Part shown: positions 49,373 to 59,039 of the stretch, piece by piece | Position numbering within the stretch: position 1 is the stretch's first letter | How the letters are laid out: each line of letters begins with the position of its first letter | Source of the DNA: Acidobacteriota bacterium | GTDB lineage: Bacteria > Acidobacteriota > UBA6911 > RPQK01 > JAJDTT01 | DNA length: 64,000 nucleotides | Assembly (NCBI GenBank): GCA_965263035.1 | Contig: OZ253580.1 | Span: 4,480,001-4,544,000, forward strand | Reading direction: 5' to 3' | The notes under the pieces: generated by a model | Database searches by the model: none | Seen by the model: the letters and a program-made list of their open reading frames with translations, nothing else | Told to the model about the DNA's origin: nothing | Program-made: the position numbers and the translations under genes

Positions 49373-50362
49373 ATGAGTTTCCCGGAACCGCATCCCCCCC
49401 TGGAAATCGTGGATCTGGCCCGTATCGACGGCTCGGATGAGACCCTGGCCATCACTCCCAACTGGTTCCCCATGGATCGATTGGCGGCCTCCGTCCGGAG
49501 CATGGGAGTGGTTACACCCTTGCATCTGCAGCCGGCGGCGGCGGGCAATCTGAGAATCGCCATGGGGTTCCGCCGTTACCGGGCGGCTCGGGAGGCCGGG
49601 TTGTGTACCGCACCGGCGTTGGTCTGGAGCCAGGCATCCGACTTGCAGCTCTTTCAGTGGGCGCTGGCGGAGAAAGCGGCCGGTCCGCTTCACGATCTGG
49701 AGCGGGCCCGGGCTCTGGTCAAGCTCCGGGAGCGATTCGAGGTCCGGGAAGAGGCACTCATCGACCGCTATCTGCCGCTCCTGAACGCGCCACCCAACCG
49801 CTACCGTCTCCGCTTCTATCTCCGGCTCGGGCGTCTCGCCGACGCTTTGCAGCGCGCCGTTCACCGTGGCCTGGACCCCGAAACGGCCCTCAGGCTGACG
49901 GCTTGGAGGGCTTCGGAGCAACAGCTGTTTCTGGGCCTCCTGGAACGGTACGAACCCGGCCGGAACCGGCAGCGGGAACTGTTCGATCTGTTGGACGACC
50001 TCAGGTCCGCCGAGCGGCCACCCGGGTCCGGAGTGCTGGATCGGGTCTGGGAGGCGTCAGGCGCCAGGGAGGCGGATGACGACGCCCGGACGGCGCGGCC
50101 CCTGCGTCTTCGCCGGATCCTGGAGTGTCTCCATCGATTGCGCCGGCCCCACCTGTCCCGTCATCAGGATCGGTACCGCAGGTTGAAGGGGGACCTCAAG
50201 GTTCCGCCCCAGATCCGCTTACAGGTTCCGCCCTATTTCGAGGGGGATCTGCTTTCGGTCTCTTTCTCCTGTCGTAACCAGGCCGAGTTTCGCCACTTGG
50301 TGGGCAGGCTCGAGGAGATGTCCGGGCGTCCGGAGCTGAAACAGATCTTCGAGTTGTTGTAG
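49373..50362 (+). CDS. ParB/Sulfiredoxin N-terminal-domain protein
   Basis: LAASVRSMGVVTPL..IAMGFRRYRAA (GxRR box) followed by LHDLERA helix; no parA adjacent. Confidence 0.75.
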   Translation: MSFPEPHPPLEIVDLARIDGSDETLAITPNWFPMDRLAASVRSMGVVTPLHLQPAAAGNLRIAMGFRRYRAAREAGLCTAPALVWSQASDLQLFQWALAEKAAGPLHDLERARALVKLRERFEVREEALIDRYLPLLNAPPNRYRLRFYLRLGRLADALQRAVHRGLDPETALRLTAWRASEQQLFLGLLERYEPGRNRQRELFDLLDDLRSAERPPGSGVLDRVWEASGAREADDDARTARPLRLRRILECLHRLRRPHLSRHQDRYRRLKGDLKVPPQIRLQVPPYFEGDLLSVSFSCRNQAEFRHLVGRLEEMSGRPELKQIFELL

Positions 50363-50445
50363 GGGTCTATGACGATCGTTGCGCGGGACTGATAAGCTGT
50401 ACCACCCCCCGCCGATGGCGGAAGGGGTGAGCGGAGGCCGACGCC

Positions 50446-51567
50446 ATGATTGCGTACAAACCGGAAACGATCTACGTGGAACGCTGCGTGGCGGACTCGT
50501 GGATCACCCGAAACGTGTTGCGCCGGCTTCCCTCCACGCCGGTCGAATGGCTTGAGGACTCCCGTACCCTGTTGTCCGAGTCCCGCCGTTGGAGTCCTTC
50601 TTTGGCAGCGGGCAAGAGATCTCTGGTGTTGGCTCGGCACAAGGGCCGCTTCTTCAAGGATTGTCCGGCCAGCCGGTCGCGGGGAGAGCGGAACGTCTGT
50701 TGCAATTACTTCGTCGTCAATTACGCTAGCAACTGCCACATGGAGTGCAGCTACTGCTATCTCCAGACCCACCTCAACTTCCCCCACCTGGTCGTCTACG
50801 CCAACTATCGGGACCTGATCCAGGAGCTGGAGACCCGCTTCAGATCCCATCCCAAGACCCCCTTCCGGGTGGGCACCGGAGAGTTGGCCGACAGCTTGGC
50901 CCTGGATTCGCTGACCCGCTATTCGGTTCTCTTGGTGGAATTCTTCTCCCGCTATGACAACGCGATCCTGGAGTTCAAGACCAAGTCGGATTGCGTGGAC
51001 AACCTGATGGGACTGGACCATGGTGGACGGACCGTGGTGTCCTGGTCCGTCAACCCCAGGTCGGTCCAGGCGAGTGAGGAACATCGGACGGCGAGCATCG
51101 ATCGGCGACTGCATGCAGCCGAGCGTTGCGTTCGTGCCGGATACCGCGTGGGGTTTCACCTGGACCCCATGATCCACTATCCGGGATGGGAGCAGGAATA
51201 CCGGGACCTGATCGACGAAATATTTCGCCGTTTTCCTTCCGAGTCTCTCTCCTGGATTTCCCTGGGCAGCCTCCGCCTGAGCGCCGAGTTGAAAGCATTC
51301 ATGAGATCCCGATTTCCCCGAAGCGGACTCCCGCTGGGAGAACTGGTGCCGGTCCCGGACGGCAAGCTTCGCTACTTCTGGCCGATTCGGGTGCAGATGT
51401 ACCGTTCGGCCGTGGAGTGGATCAGGGCTCGCAGCCCCAGGACTCCCGTCTATTTGTGCATGGAGCGTCCGGGAGTTTGGAGCAAGGTGTTTGCACAGGC
51501 GCCACCGGATGAGGAGCGCTTGGGCCGGCGTCTGGCCAGCAGCTTGCCCGTCACTGCGACGCGATGA
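50446..51567 (+). CDS. Spore photoproduct lyase-like radical SAM protein
   Basis: NCHMECSYCYLQ (CxxxCxxC), GELADSL, LEFKTKS, SWSVNP, EHRTAS..RL.AA, GFHLDPMI, DGKLRYF. Confidence 0.85.
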   Translation: MIAYKPETIYVERCVADSWITRNVLRRLPSTPVEWLEDSRTLLSESRRWSPSLAAGKRSLVLARHKGRFFKDCPASRSRGERNVCCNYFVVNYASNCHMECSYCYLQTHLNFPHLVVYANYRDLIQELETRFRSHPKTPFRVGTGELADSLALDSLTRYSVLLVEFFSRYDNAILEFKTKSDCVDNLMGLDHGGRTVVSWSVNPRSVQASEEHRTASIDRRLHAAERCVRAGYRVGFHLDPMIHYPGWEQEYRDLIDEIFRRFPSESLSWISLGSLRLSAELKAFMRSRFPRSGLPLGELVPVPDGKLRYFWPIRVQMYRSAVEWIRARSPRTPVYLCMERPGVWSKVFAQAPPDEERLGRRLASSLPVTATR

Positions 51568-52051
51568 ACCGAAACCCGTGAATGTCCATCTCGGCGCGGC
51601 TGGCCATCCAATCCCGGGGTAGATCCTGGATGTAGAGCGTGAAGCTGCGCATTTTCATGGGCTGTATCGGGGCCGTGTAGGCGCCCGGCCGAATCGGAGT
51701 CCGGGTGGTTTCCCAGACCGGCTCGTCGTAGTTGAAGAAGGTCATTTTCATCTCGACCACGTCCAGCGTTCTCTCTCCCTGATTCTCGATCGTGGCCGAA
51801 AATATGGCCATTCGGTTGCCGGCCAGGTTCTTGGCCATCTGAAGGCGAAGACGGGTCAGGCTGACGTGCTCTCGATACCAACCGTAGTCCGAGTGCCCGT
51901 CCCGGAGCACGCCGGTCAACTCCTCCCGCTGCCGGGGCTTGGGTTCATGCATGAAGATGACCACGCTCACCAGCAGGGTGGCTGCCAACCCGGCCGGAAG
52001 CAGAATCTTCCAATGCTCTTTGGTCCGGGCGGAGGTGGTGGTCTGGAACAT
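51551..52051 (-). CDS. Membrane-anchored Ig-like protein (DUF2393/FxLYD-like)
   Basis: One TM helix then ATIENQGERTL..VEMKMTF, PIQP..RSF. Confidence 0.55.
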   Translation of the reverse strand: MFQTTTSARTKEHWKILLPAGLAATLLVSVVIFMHEPKPRQREELTGVLRDGHSDYGWYREHVSLTRLRLQMAKNLAGNRMAIFSATIENQGERTLDVVEMKMTFFNYDEPVWETTRTPIRPGAYTAPIQPMKMRSFTLYIQDLPRDWMASRAEMDIHGFRFIASQ

Positions 52052-52058
52052 GGTCGAT

Positions 52059-52913
52059 CTACTCCTGGTCCTGGATCAGGACGAAATGAACTCGCCGGTT
52101 CAAGGCCCAAGCCTCTTCCGTGTGGCCGGTGTCGAAAGGCCGCTCCTCCCCCAACGCAATGGTGGTCATGCGGTCGGGGTCGATTCCGGCGTCCACCAGA
52201 AACTGGCGCACGACCTGCGCCCTCTTGTCCGCAAGGGCCAGATTGTATTCGTCAGTGCCGCGTTCGTCGCAGTGTCCTTCCAGCACGAACCGGGCCTCAG
52301 CGTTTTCCGGCTCTGAAAACCAGCGGCCGTTCGCCTCCAGTGTGGCCAGATTCTGGGCGTCGAGCCCGTCGCTGTCGAAGCTGAAAAAGACGGGCTCGAC
52401 CTTGAGTGGGACCTCATCCTGGGGCGGCGGCAACAGATCCTGCTGGCCGATCAGTCCGTCCCCGTTGGCAGAAACCTGGATCGTCACCAATCGCTCCACC
52501 TTGCCTCCCGGTCCCATGGCGCTCACCCGATAGGAGGTCGTTTCTTCGGGAAAGAGCTTGATTCTTCCAGCGGGATCGACGACTCCAATGCCCTGATCGA
52601 TCCGCACTTCGTCAGCGTCGCGAGAGTCCCAGGACAAAAGGGCCGAGCCCCCCGTCTGGATCACGGACGGCTCGACGCGAATCTCCAAACTGGGCGCCGA
52701 AGCAACGGCCGGCTCGGCCGCGTCGGTCCCGGTCTTGGCAGTGCCGGAACCAGGGCCGGTGTCCCGGTCGGCGGCTCCGGGAGGAAGCGTCGGGACCCGG
52801 TTTCTGCCGCAGGAGGCTCCCGCCAGGACCAGAACTCCCCCGAGCAGGAACAGGAAACGGCGAGGGATGGTGATGAGGTCCCTTTCAGCGAATGGGGGCA
52901 TACTCAGGCCCAA
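52059..52913 (-). CDS. pal: OmpA/Pal family peptidoglycan-associated lipoprotein with Ig-like insert
   Basis: Lipobox-like GASC; VFFSFDS, EGHCDERGTDEYNLAL..RA, NRRVHF. Confidence 0.85.
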   Translation of the reverse strand: MGLSMPPFAERDLITIPRRFLFLLGGVLVLAGASCGRNRVPTLPPGAADRDTGPGSGTAKTGTDAAEPAVASAPSLEIRVEPSVIQTGGSALLSWDSRDADEVRIDQGIGVVDPAGRIKLFPEETTSYRVSAMGPGGKVERLVTIQVSANGDGLIGQQDLLPPPQDEVPLKVEPVFFSFDSDGLDAQNLATLEANGRWFSEPENAEARFVLEGHCDERGTDEYNLALADKRAQVVRQFLVDAGIDPDRMTTIALGEERPFDTGHTEEAWALNRRVHFVLIQDQE

Positions 52914-54195
52914 CGAAAATTGTCGTGAAGTTTACCGTATCCAAATGAAGGCGGGCAACTCGCCTCACCTCCTCCGTGTCGACTGCGCGGATCCATTCCG
53001 GATACAAGCGGACGAAGTCCCCATCCAGGTCGAAGAGTTCCGTCGTAAGCAGAAATCGGGCCACGTGGAGGTTGGACTGGAAATCGAAAACGAAGCTGCC
53101 GGTCAGGTATTCCTGTGCCAACGCCAGTTCCTCCTCCGTGGGTCCACCCGCGATGAAACTCTCGATCTCCCCCCTAAGCCCACTCACGGCGGCCTGACGA
53201 TTCGACGGCGAGGTGCAGATGTAAGCGAGAAACCGTCCGGGATGCCGGCCGGCCGATCCCGTGAGGTCGCTGTAGGTGGTGTAGGCAAGGCCCCGGCGGT
53301 CTCTGAGCTCCCGGGGAATCCGGCTGGTGAACCCCGGCCCGCTGCCCAGGACGGCGTCCATCACCTGGAGCGCGTAGAAATCAGGGTGGTCCCGGGCCAC
53401 GCCCAGATGTCCCAGGCAGATGTGGACCTGCTCCCGGCCCTCCAGCACCCGTTGCCGAACCCGAGGTGCCCGCTGCCGCCGGGGCAACGGCAGTTGGCTC
53501 CTTCGGTACTCTCCGTTGCGCCAGGATCCCAGGCAACTGTCGACCAGGTCCGCGACCTGGTCGCTACCGGCGTTGCCGACTACGACCAGAATCGTGTTGC
53601 TTGGAGAGTACCGTAGGCGGTGAAATCCCCGAATGTCCTCGATTTGAAGCCGCCGTACCGACGCCGGGGTGCCCAGGGTAGGGAACTGCAGCGGACCGCC
53701 CTGGTAGATCTCCCGGTTCAGCAGGTTGCTTACCACCACCTGCGGATCGTCCTCCAGTGCCTCCAACTGGGTCAGAGCCTTCTCCCGCTCCAGACCGAGT
53801 CGTTCCCTCGGGAAGGTGGGACGGGATAGCATCTGGGCCAGAAGATCGAGTCCTTCCGGCAGATCCCGGTCCCTGAGATGGAGCGAGATCCCGGTCAGTT
53901 CATGTTGGCAGAAGGTTGAGAGGTTGCCGCCCGCGTCCTCCACCAGACGGGAGATGTCATCGGCCCGGTATTTGGCGGTTCCCTCCTCCAGCATCCGTGA
54001 AGCAAGAGCCGCCAGTCCCGGCTTCCGAAGCGGGTTCTGGTCGGTGCCGGCAAGAACGAAGGCGTTGACCGAGACCACGGGAAGACGGTCGTTCCGGCAG
54101 CTGAGGAGCACCAGTCCGTTTTCCCAGACCCGTCGTTCGAACCCGTCCAAGAGCATCCCGAAACCTCCCGGCTGCCGGCGCCGCGCGGTGCGCAT
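52885..54195 (-). CDS. M16 peptidase family, non-catalytic subunit
   Basis: ENGL, PGLAALASRMLEEGT (no HxxEH), LRDRRGLAY. Confidence 0.88.
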   Translation of the reverse strand: MRTARRRQPGGFGMLLDGFERRVWENGLVLLSCRNDRLPVVSVNAFVLAGTDQNPLRKPGLAALASRMLEEGTAKYRADDISRLVEDAGGNLSTFCQHELTGISLHLRDRDLPEGLDLLAQMLSRPTFPRERLGLEREKALTQLEALEDDPQVVVSNLLNREIYQGGPLQFPTLGTPASVRRLQIEDIRGFHRLRYSPSNTILVVVGNAGSDQVADLVDSCLGSWRNGEYRRSQLPLPRRQRAPRVRQRVLEGREQVHICLGHLGVARDHPDFYALQVMDAVLGSGPGFTSRIPRELRDRRGLAYTTYSDLTGSAGRHPGRFLAYICTSPSNRQAAVSGLRGEIESFIAGGPTEEELALAQEYLTGSFVFDFQSNLHVARFLLTTELFDLDGDFVRLYPEWIRAVDTEEVRRVARLHLDTVNFTTIFVGPEYAPIR

Positions 54196-54208
54196 CGGCG
54201 TCAGCGGA

Positions 54209-55471
54209 CTATCCTATCTCCACGACGCCGACCGTCCAGCGGCGCCCGGTCCAGTGTCTGGCCGCGGCCGCCATGACCTCCTCGGCGGTCAGTCTGGAGA
54301 TTCGTGCCGCGTAGTCGTCCCAGTAGCCGGGACGCTGCAGGGCTTCCATCGAGGCCAGTTGCATGCACTGGTCGAATGTCGTCTCCAGTTCGAAGAGAAA
54401 CTGGGTGATGCATTGGTTCTTGGCCCGGGTCAGCTCCTTCCGGGTCAGGGGGCTGGTGCACAACTGCATGAGTTCGTGGAAGAGGAGTTCCTCCGTCTGT
54501 TGCAGATCGGCATCCTCGCGCAGCTCCAGGCGGATCAGCAGGAGGTAGGGGTCAAACGTGTCGCCCAGTTCGGTATGGACCAGGGAAGCCAGCTGTGTCT
54601 CTTCGACGAACTTCCTGTAGAGACGCGAAAGTCGACCCTCGGAGAGCACCCGGTCCAGGATCTGAAAGGCGTCGTGATCACTCTGATGAATGGAGGGGGC
54701 GGGCAGGGCCACCAACATTCTGGGCACGCGGCTCCGCCGCCGAACCTTGATTTTGACCCGGCCGCTTTCCGCCGCCTCCTGGGGTGAAGGGAGCGGCGGC
54801 GGAAAACCGGAGGCCGTTTGCCGGAAGAGCTGCTCCACGGTCCGGAGAGTGAACTCGGGGTCCGTGTTGCCGGCGATGGCCAGCACGGCGTTCTCGGGGA
54901 CGTAGTACCTGCGGTAGTGTTCCACCATCTGTTCCACGGTCAGCGCCTGGATGTCCCGGCCCAATCCGATTATGGGGTAGCGGTAGGGGTGTCTCTCGAA
55001 GGCCTTCAATTCGACCGATCGGCGAAGCGCTCCCCAGGGATGATCCTGTTCCATTCTGGATTCCTCGAGGATCACCTGCCGCTCCAGCTCGAACTGCTGG
55101 GGGTCGAAACGATTGTCTGACATCCGGTCAGCCTCGATTTCCAAGGCGCAGACCCATCGGTCGGAGGCGAAGCTGAAGAAGTAGGCGGTATAGTCCTGCG
55201 TGGTGAAGGCGTTGTTGGAGCCCCCATGGAGTGCCGTGATCCGATCGATCTCCCCGGGTCCGAAACGTCCGGTGCCCTTGAACATCATGTGTTCCAGGAA
55301 ATGGGAAATCCCGGTCCGGCCCGGAGTCTCCACTCTGGAACCCACCCGATAGCAGGTCATCGTGGTGACGACGGGGCTGGTGTGATCCGGCTGTACCAGC
55401 AGGGTCAGTCCGTTGTCGAGACGGTGCCGATGGACTGGAGGAACCCGGATGTCGGCCGTGCCTCCCTTCAA
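54209..55471 (-). CDS. M16 zinc peptidase, catalytic subunit
   Basis: LDNGL, GISHFLEHMMFKGT (HxxEH), NAFT, YYVPENA; start uncertain. Confidence 0.9.
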   Translation of the reverse strand: MKGGTADIRVPPVHRHRLDNGLTLLVQPDHTSPVVTTMTCYRVGSRVETPGRTGISHFLEHMMFKGTGRFGPGEIDRITALHGGSNNAFTTQDYTAYFFSFASDRWVCALEIEADRMSDNRFDPQQFELERQVILEESRMEQDHPWGALRRSVELKAFERHPYRYPIIGLGRDIQALTVEQMVEHYRRYYVPENAVLAIAGNTDPEFTLRTVEQLFRQTASGFPPPLPSPQEAAESGRVKIKVRRRSRVPRMLVALPAPSIHQSDHDAFQILDRVLSEGRLSRLYRKFVEETQLASLVHTELGDTFDPYLLLIRLELREDADLQQTEELLFHELMQLCTSPLTRKELTRAKNQCITQFLFELETTFDQCMQLASMEALQRPGYWDDYAARISRLTAEEVMAAAARHWTGRRWTVGVVEIG

Positions 55472-55570
55472 GCTCGGTTGCCTCCGGGGAAGTCCGATCT
55501 TTCGGGAACCGGCAATCCCGCCATCTCTTTCGCGCTGGGCTCGCGGGACACTGATACAATGGTCCGATCC

Positions 55571-56986
55571 ATGAGAGATCCGATCCAGCACTCCGGCTGC
55601 CGCCCTGGTTTGGGGATCCGCCTGCTTCCGATCCTGGCAAGTATCATCGCCCTGATTATAGCGCCGGTTCCCGGTGCGCCGACGGTGAAACTGGCAAAGC
55701 TGACCATTCCTTCGTTCGAGCGGAAGTCCCTCCTGAACGGAATGGAGGTGTTGATGCTCCCGCCGGGTCCGTCACGCCGGTCGTTCCGACTCATGATCGA
55801 GAACGGGGCCGCTTTCGATCCCTTTGACAAATGGGGCATCACCCACCTCACCACTCGGATGTTGCTGGAAGAGACGGAGCTTCGATCCGGGGCCCTGATT
55901 CGACGGCAGCTCGAAAGCCTCAACAGCGAGTTGGAGCTTCAGGTCGATTGGGATGCCATCTACCTCTACGGGAGCGCTCCGGAAGAGAATCTCGCGGCGG
56001 CCCTGGGCCTTCTGGGGGAGATCGTGGTGCGCCCCTATTTTCGGGAGGAAACCTTCCAGCGGCTACGGAAGCAGCAACTGGACGAAGTCGTGAACCAGTT
56101 GAAGAGGCCGGAAGTGGTCACCCAGCAAGCGTTTCTCGCCCATCTGTTCGGACCGAATCCTTACGGGCACGGCGTTCTGGGGACGGTGGAGACGCTGCAG
56201 AACCTGGAGCTGAGAGACGTCAAGATCCAATATCGGAAGCTCTTTCTTCCCAACCAGGCCAGGCTCGCCCTGCATACGTCTGCCGAGCCGCAGGCCATGT
56301 TCCGTGAACTGAGTCGCCGCTGGGGCGTCTGGATCAGGGCCGAAGCGGCCCCGTTCACCTTTCGCCGGGCCCCGGTCCTGGAAGGTTGGCGGATCCTGTT
56401 GCAGGACCTGCCCGGGGACGAGGCCCTCTTTCGCTGGGGCAGGCTGGGCGTCGAGATGGGCAGCAGAGATTACTATGCCCTCAAGATGTTGGAGGAGTAT
56501 CTGACCCTCTCCTTGCCGGGATTGGCCCGAGTGGTCGAGGCCGAGCAGCAGATCCAGGCATCTTCCCGGGTGAGAGCCTATCGAATGCCGGGATACCTCC
56601 AGTTGAGCCTCAGAACCTCCTCGAACCGTCTGATGCCCTACCTGAAGGAGTTTCTTCAGACCATGAGTGGACTTCGGGAGGGCCAGGTGGACCCGTCTCT
56701 GATGGAGGAAGCCAGGAGCCTGGCCTATCTCGAATTCCGCAATCGGTTGGAAGATCCGGTTGCGCGCCTGACTCGTCTTCTGGACACCAGCCTCTACGAT
56801 CTGGGTGTCACCTACATCGCGAACTATGGTCTCCGCCTGCGGCGGGTCACATCTGAGGACTTTCGAAAGCTCCTGATGGAGTACCTCTCACAGGACTCTT
56901 CACTGCTCGTGGTCGGTGGTCCCGCCGCCGAACTCAAGCCCGAACTTGAGGAATTGGGGCCGGTTCAAATCTCGACCCTCCGTTGA
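55571..56986 (+). CDS. Secreted M16-like protein, non-catalytic
   Basis: Signal-like TM, LLNGMEV, GITHLTTRML, NPYGH, LFLPNQA. Confidence 0.75.
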   Translation: MRDPIQHSGCRPGLGIRLLPILASIIALIIAPVPGAPTVKLAKLTIPSFERKSLLNGMEVLMLPPGPSRRSFRLMIENGAAFDPFDKWGITHLTTRMLLEETELRSGALIRRQLESLNSELELQVDWDAIYLYGSAPEENLAAALGLLGEIVVRPYFREETFQRLRKQQLDEVVNQLKRPEVVTQQAFLAHLFGPNPYGHGVLGTVETLQNLELRDVKIQYRKLFLPNQARLALHTSAEPQAMFRELSRRWGVWIRAEAAPFTFRRAPVLEGWRILLQDLPGDEALFRWGRLGVEMGSRDYYALKMLEEYLTLSLPGLARVVEAEQQIQASSRVRAYRMPGYLQLSLRTSSNRLMPYLKEFLQTMSGLREGQVDPSLMEEARSLAYLEFRNRLEDPVARLTRLLDTSLYDLGVTYIANYGLRLRRVTSEDFRKLLMEYLSQDSSLLVVGGPAAELKPELEELGPVQISTLR

Positions 56987-57011
56987 ACTGTATCCGGGGC
57001 TCGGCTATATT
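56983..57011 (+). promoter_or_regulatory. sigma70 promoter of the rimP operon
   Basis: TTGAAC-17 bp-TATATT; followed by a GTGGG..CCCGC leader hairpin near 57070-57085. Confidence 0.55.
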
Positions 57012-57108
57012 CTAGAGGACTGTGGCGAGTTTTGTCCGGGGCTCGGAGGGGGTCGATTCACCTCATTCGGTGGGCTGGCACCCGCAAAGATCGCTTCGGG
57101 ATGCAAGA

Positions 57109-57582
57109 ATGGCGGAAGTGGCCGAAAGGGTGGAGTTCCTGCTGCGGGGGGCCGTAGAGGAACAGGGGATGGAATTGGTTCACGTCCAGTACCTTGCCCG
57201 ACACCGGAGTCCGTTGTTGAGAGTTTATATCGACAAGCCCGGAGGCATTACGTTGGAGGACTGTCAGACCGTCAGCCGGCAGGCCAGTGTTCTCTTGGAC
57301 GTGGAGGATCTGATCTCCGACCGGTACGTGTTGGAAGTGTCTTCTCCGGGCCTGGACCGCCCTCTCTTCCGCGTGGAGGACTACTTGCGATTCTCGGGTC
57401 GGGAGGTTCGTCTCTTCACACGGGAGAAGATCGGCAGTCGCCGCAGGTTCACGGGTCGTATCCAGGACCTTCGTGACGGCGTCGTGCAGTTGAGCTGCGA
57501 AGACAAGACTTACCGGATCCCCTTCGGGTTGATAACCAAGGCCAACCTGGTCTGCCAGTTTGCCGACTTGTTCAGGAAGTAG
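57109..57582 (+). CDS. rimP: Ribosome maturation factor RimP
   Basis: LRVYIDKPGGITLEDC, YVLEVSSPGLDRPL. Confidence 0.95.
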   Translation: MAEVAERVEFLLRGAVEEQGMELVHVQYLARHRSPLLRVYIDKPGGITLEDCQTVSRQASVLLDVEDLISDRYVLEVSSPGLDRPLFRVEDYLRFSGREVRLFTREKIGSRRRFTGRIQDLRDGVVQLSCEDKTYRIPFGLITKANLVCQFADLFRK

Positions 57583-57624
57583 AATCGGCCGCAACGGGCG
57601 GCAACAGTGAGGATATAGCGAAGC

Positions 57625-58953
57625 ATGTCGAATGCCCTCAGTCAGAGCATCGAGCAGCTCAGTCGGGAAAAAGGTGTCGAATCCAAGGTCATTTACGAAG
57701 CCCTTGAGGACGCCATGGCGGCCGCCGCCAGGAAGCATTTCAGGACTGAGGAGGATCTGCAGGCGCGATACGATCCGTTGACCGGCACCATCGAAGTGTT
57801 TGCCGTCAAGCGCATCGTGGAGGAAGTCGAGGAAGAAGAGACGGAGATGGCTCTGTCCGAGGCCATGCAGTACGATGACACCTTCGAAGTGGGGGACTAC
57901 CTGGAGATCCCCAAACCTCCTCTGGAGCTGGGGCGAATCGCCGCCCAGACGGCCAAGCAGGTCATTCTCCAGAAAGTTCGGGAAGCTGAACGGGAAAACG
58001 TCTTCGAGGAGTACTCGGGCCAGATCGGACAGGTGGTCCACGGAATCGTGCGGCGGTTCGAGGGGGGCAACCTCGTGCTGGACATCGGCCGGAGCGAGGC
58101 CGTGCTCCCCTACAGCGAGCAGGCCCGCACCGAAGAATACCGGATGGGGGATCGGGTGCGAGCGGTCATCATCAAGGTGCATCGTCTTTCCAAGGGCCCC
58201 CAGATCGTGGTCTCGCGGGCCGACCCCAGCCTCCTGATCCGTTTGTTCGAGGCCGAGATTCCCGAAGTCTACGACCACACGGTCACCATCAAGAATGCGG
58301 TTCGGGAAGCGGGTGAACGGGCCAAGGTGGCGGTGTCAAGCAGGGACGACAACGTGGACCCGGTCGGTGCCTGCGTCGGGATGAGGGGCAGTCGGATCAA
58401 CGCGGTGATCCGGGAGTTGCGGGGAGAGAAGATCGACATCATCAAATACTCGGACGACATCGTCGAGTACACCACCAACGCCTTGAATCCCGCGCGGATT
58501 GCCAAGGTGCTGATCCAGGACCCGCTGGACAAGGTTCTGGAGGTCATCGTCCCGGAGGATCAACTGTCTCTGGCCATCGGCCGGAAGGGACAGAACGTTC
58601 GTTTGGGATCCAAGCTGCTGGGTTGGGAAATCAACATCAAGAGCGAGGAGGACAAGAAACGAGAGATCCTGGCTCAGATGGAACAGTTGGCCGCACAGGC
58701 TGTACAGGCCCCACGGCCGGACCTGGAGGAGTTGGAGGGTCTGGGTGAAAAGACTCGAATACGTCTCGAGGAAGCGGGTGTACAAACCATTGAAGAACTT
58801 TCGAACCGATCGGTTGAGGACTTGTCAAACATTTCCATGATCGGCGAAAAGTCAGCTCTGAAGATCCTTGCCCTGGCTGAGGCATGGGTCCACAACCGGG
58901 CCGAGGGCGCGGCTGCGGGAACTGCCGGGGAAGCCGAGGCCGAGTTGGTCTGA
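57625..58953 (+). CDS. nusA: Transcription factor NusA
   Basis: GRIAAQTAKQVI, DPVGACVGMRGSR, LSLAIGRKGQNVRL. Confidence 0.97.
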   Translation: MSNALSQSIEQLSREKGVESKVIYEALEDAMAAAARKHFRTEEDLQARYDPLTGTIEVFAVKRIVEEVEEEETEMALSEAMQYDDTFEVGDYLEIPKPPLELGRIAAQTAKQVILQKVREAERENVFEEYSGQIGQVVHGIVRRFEGGNLVLDIGRSEAVLPYSEQARTEEYRMGDRVRAVIIKVHRLSKGPQIVVSRADPSLLIRLFEAEIPEVYDHTVTIKNAVREAGERAKVAVSSRDDNVDPVGACVGMRGSRINAVIRELRGEKIDIIKYSDDIVEYTTNALNPARIAKVLIQDPLDKVLEVIVPEDQLSLAIGRKGQNVRLGSKLLGWEINIKSEEDKKREILAQMEQLAAQAVQAPRPDLEELEGLGEKTRIRLEEAGVQTIEELSNRSVEDLSNISMIGEKSALKILALAEAWVHNRAEGAAAGTAGEAEAELV

Positions 58954-59039
58954 ACCACAGTTATGATGTTCGTGAAAACCATTGTGGACTGGCGGGGTCT
59001 GGAGCGGCGCACGGAAGCGTAGGAAGCATCAAGACAGTT

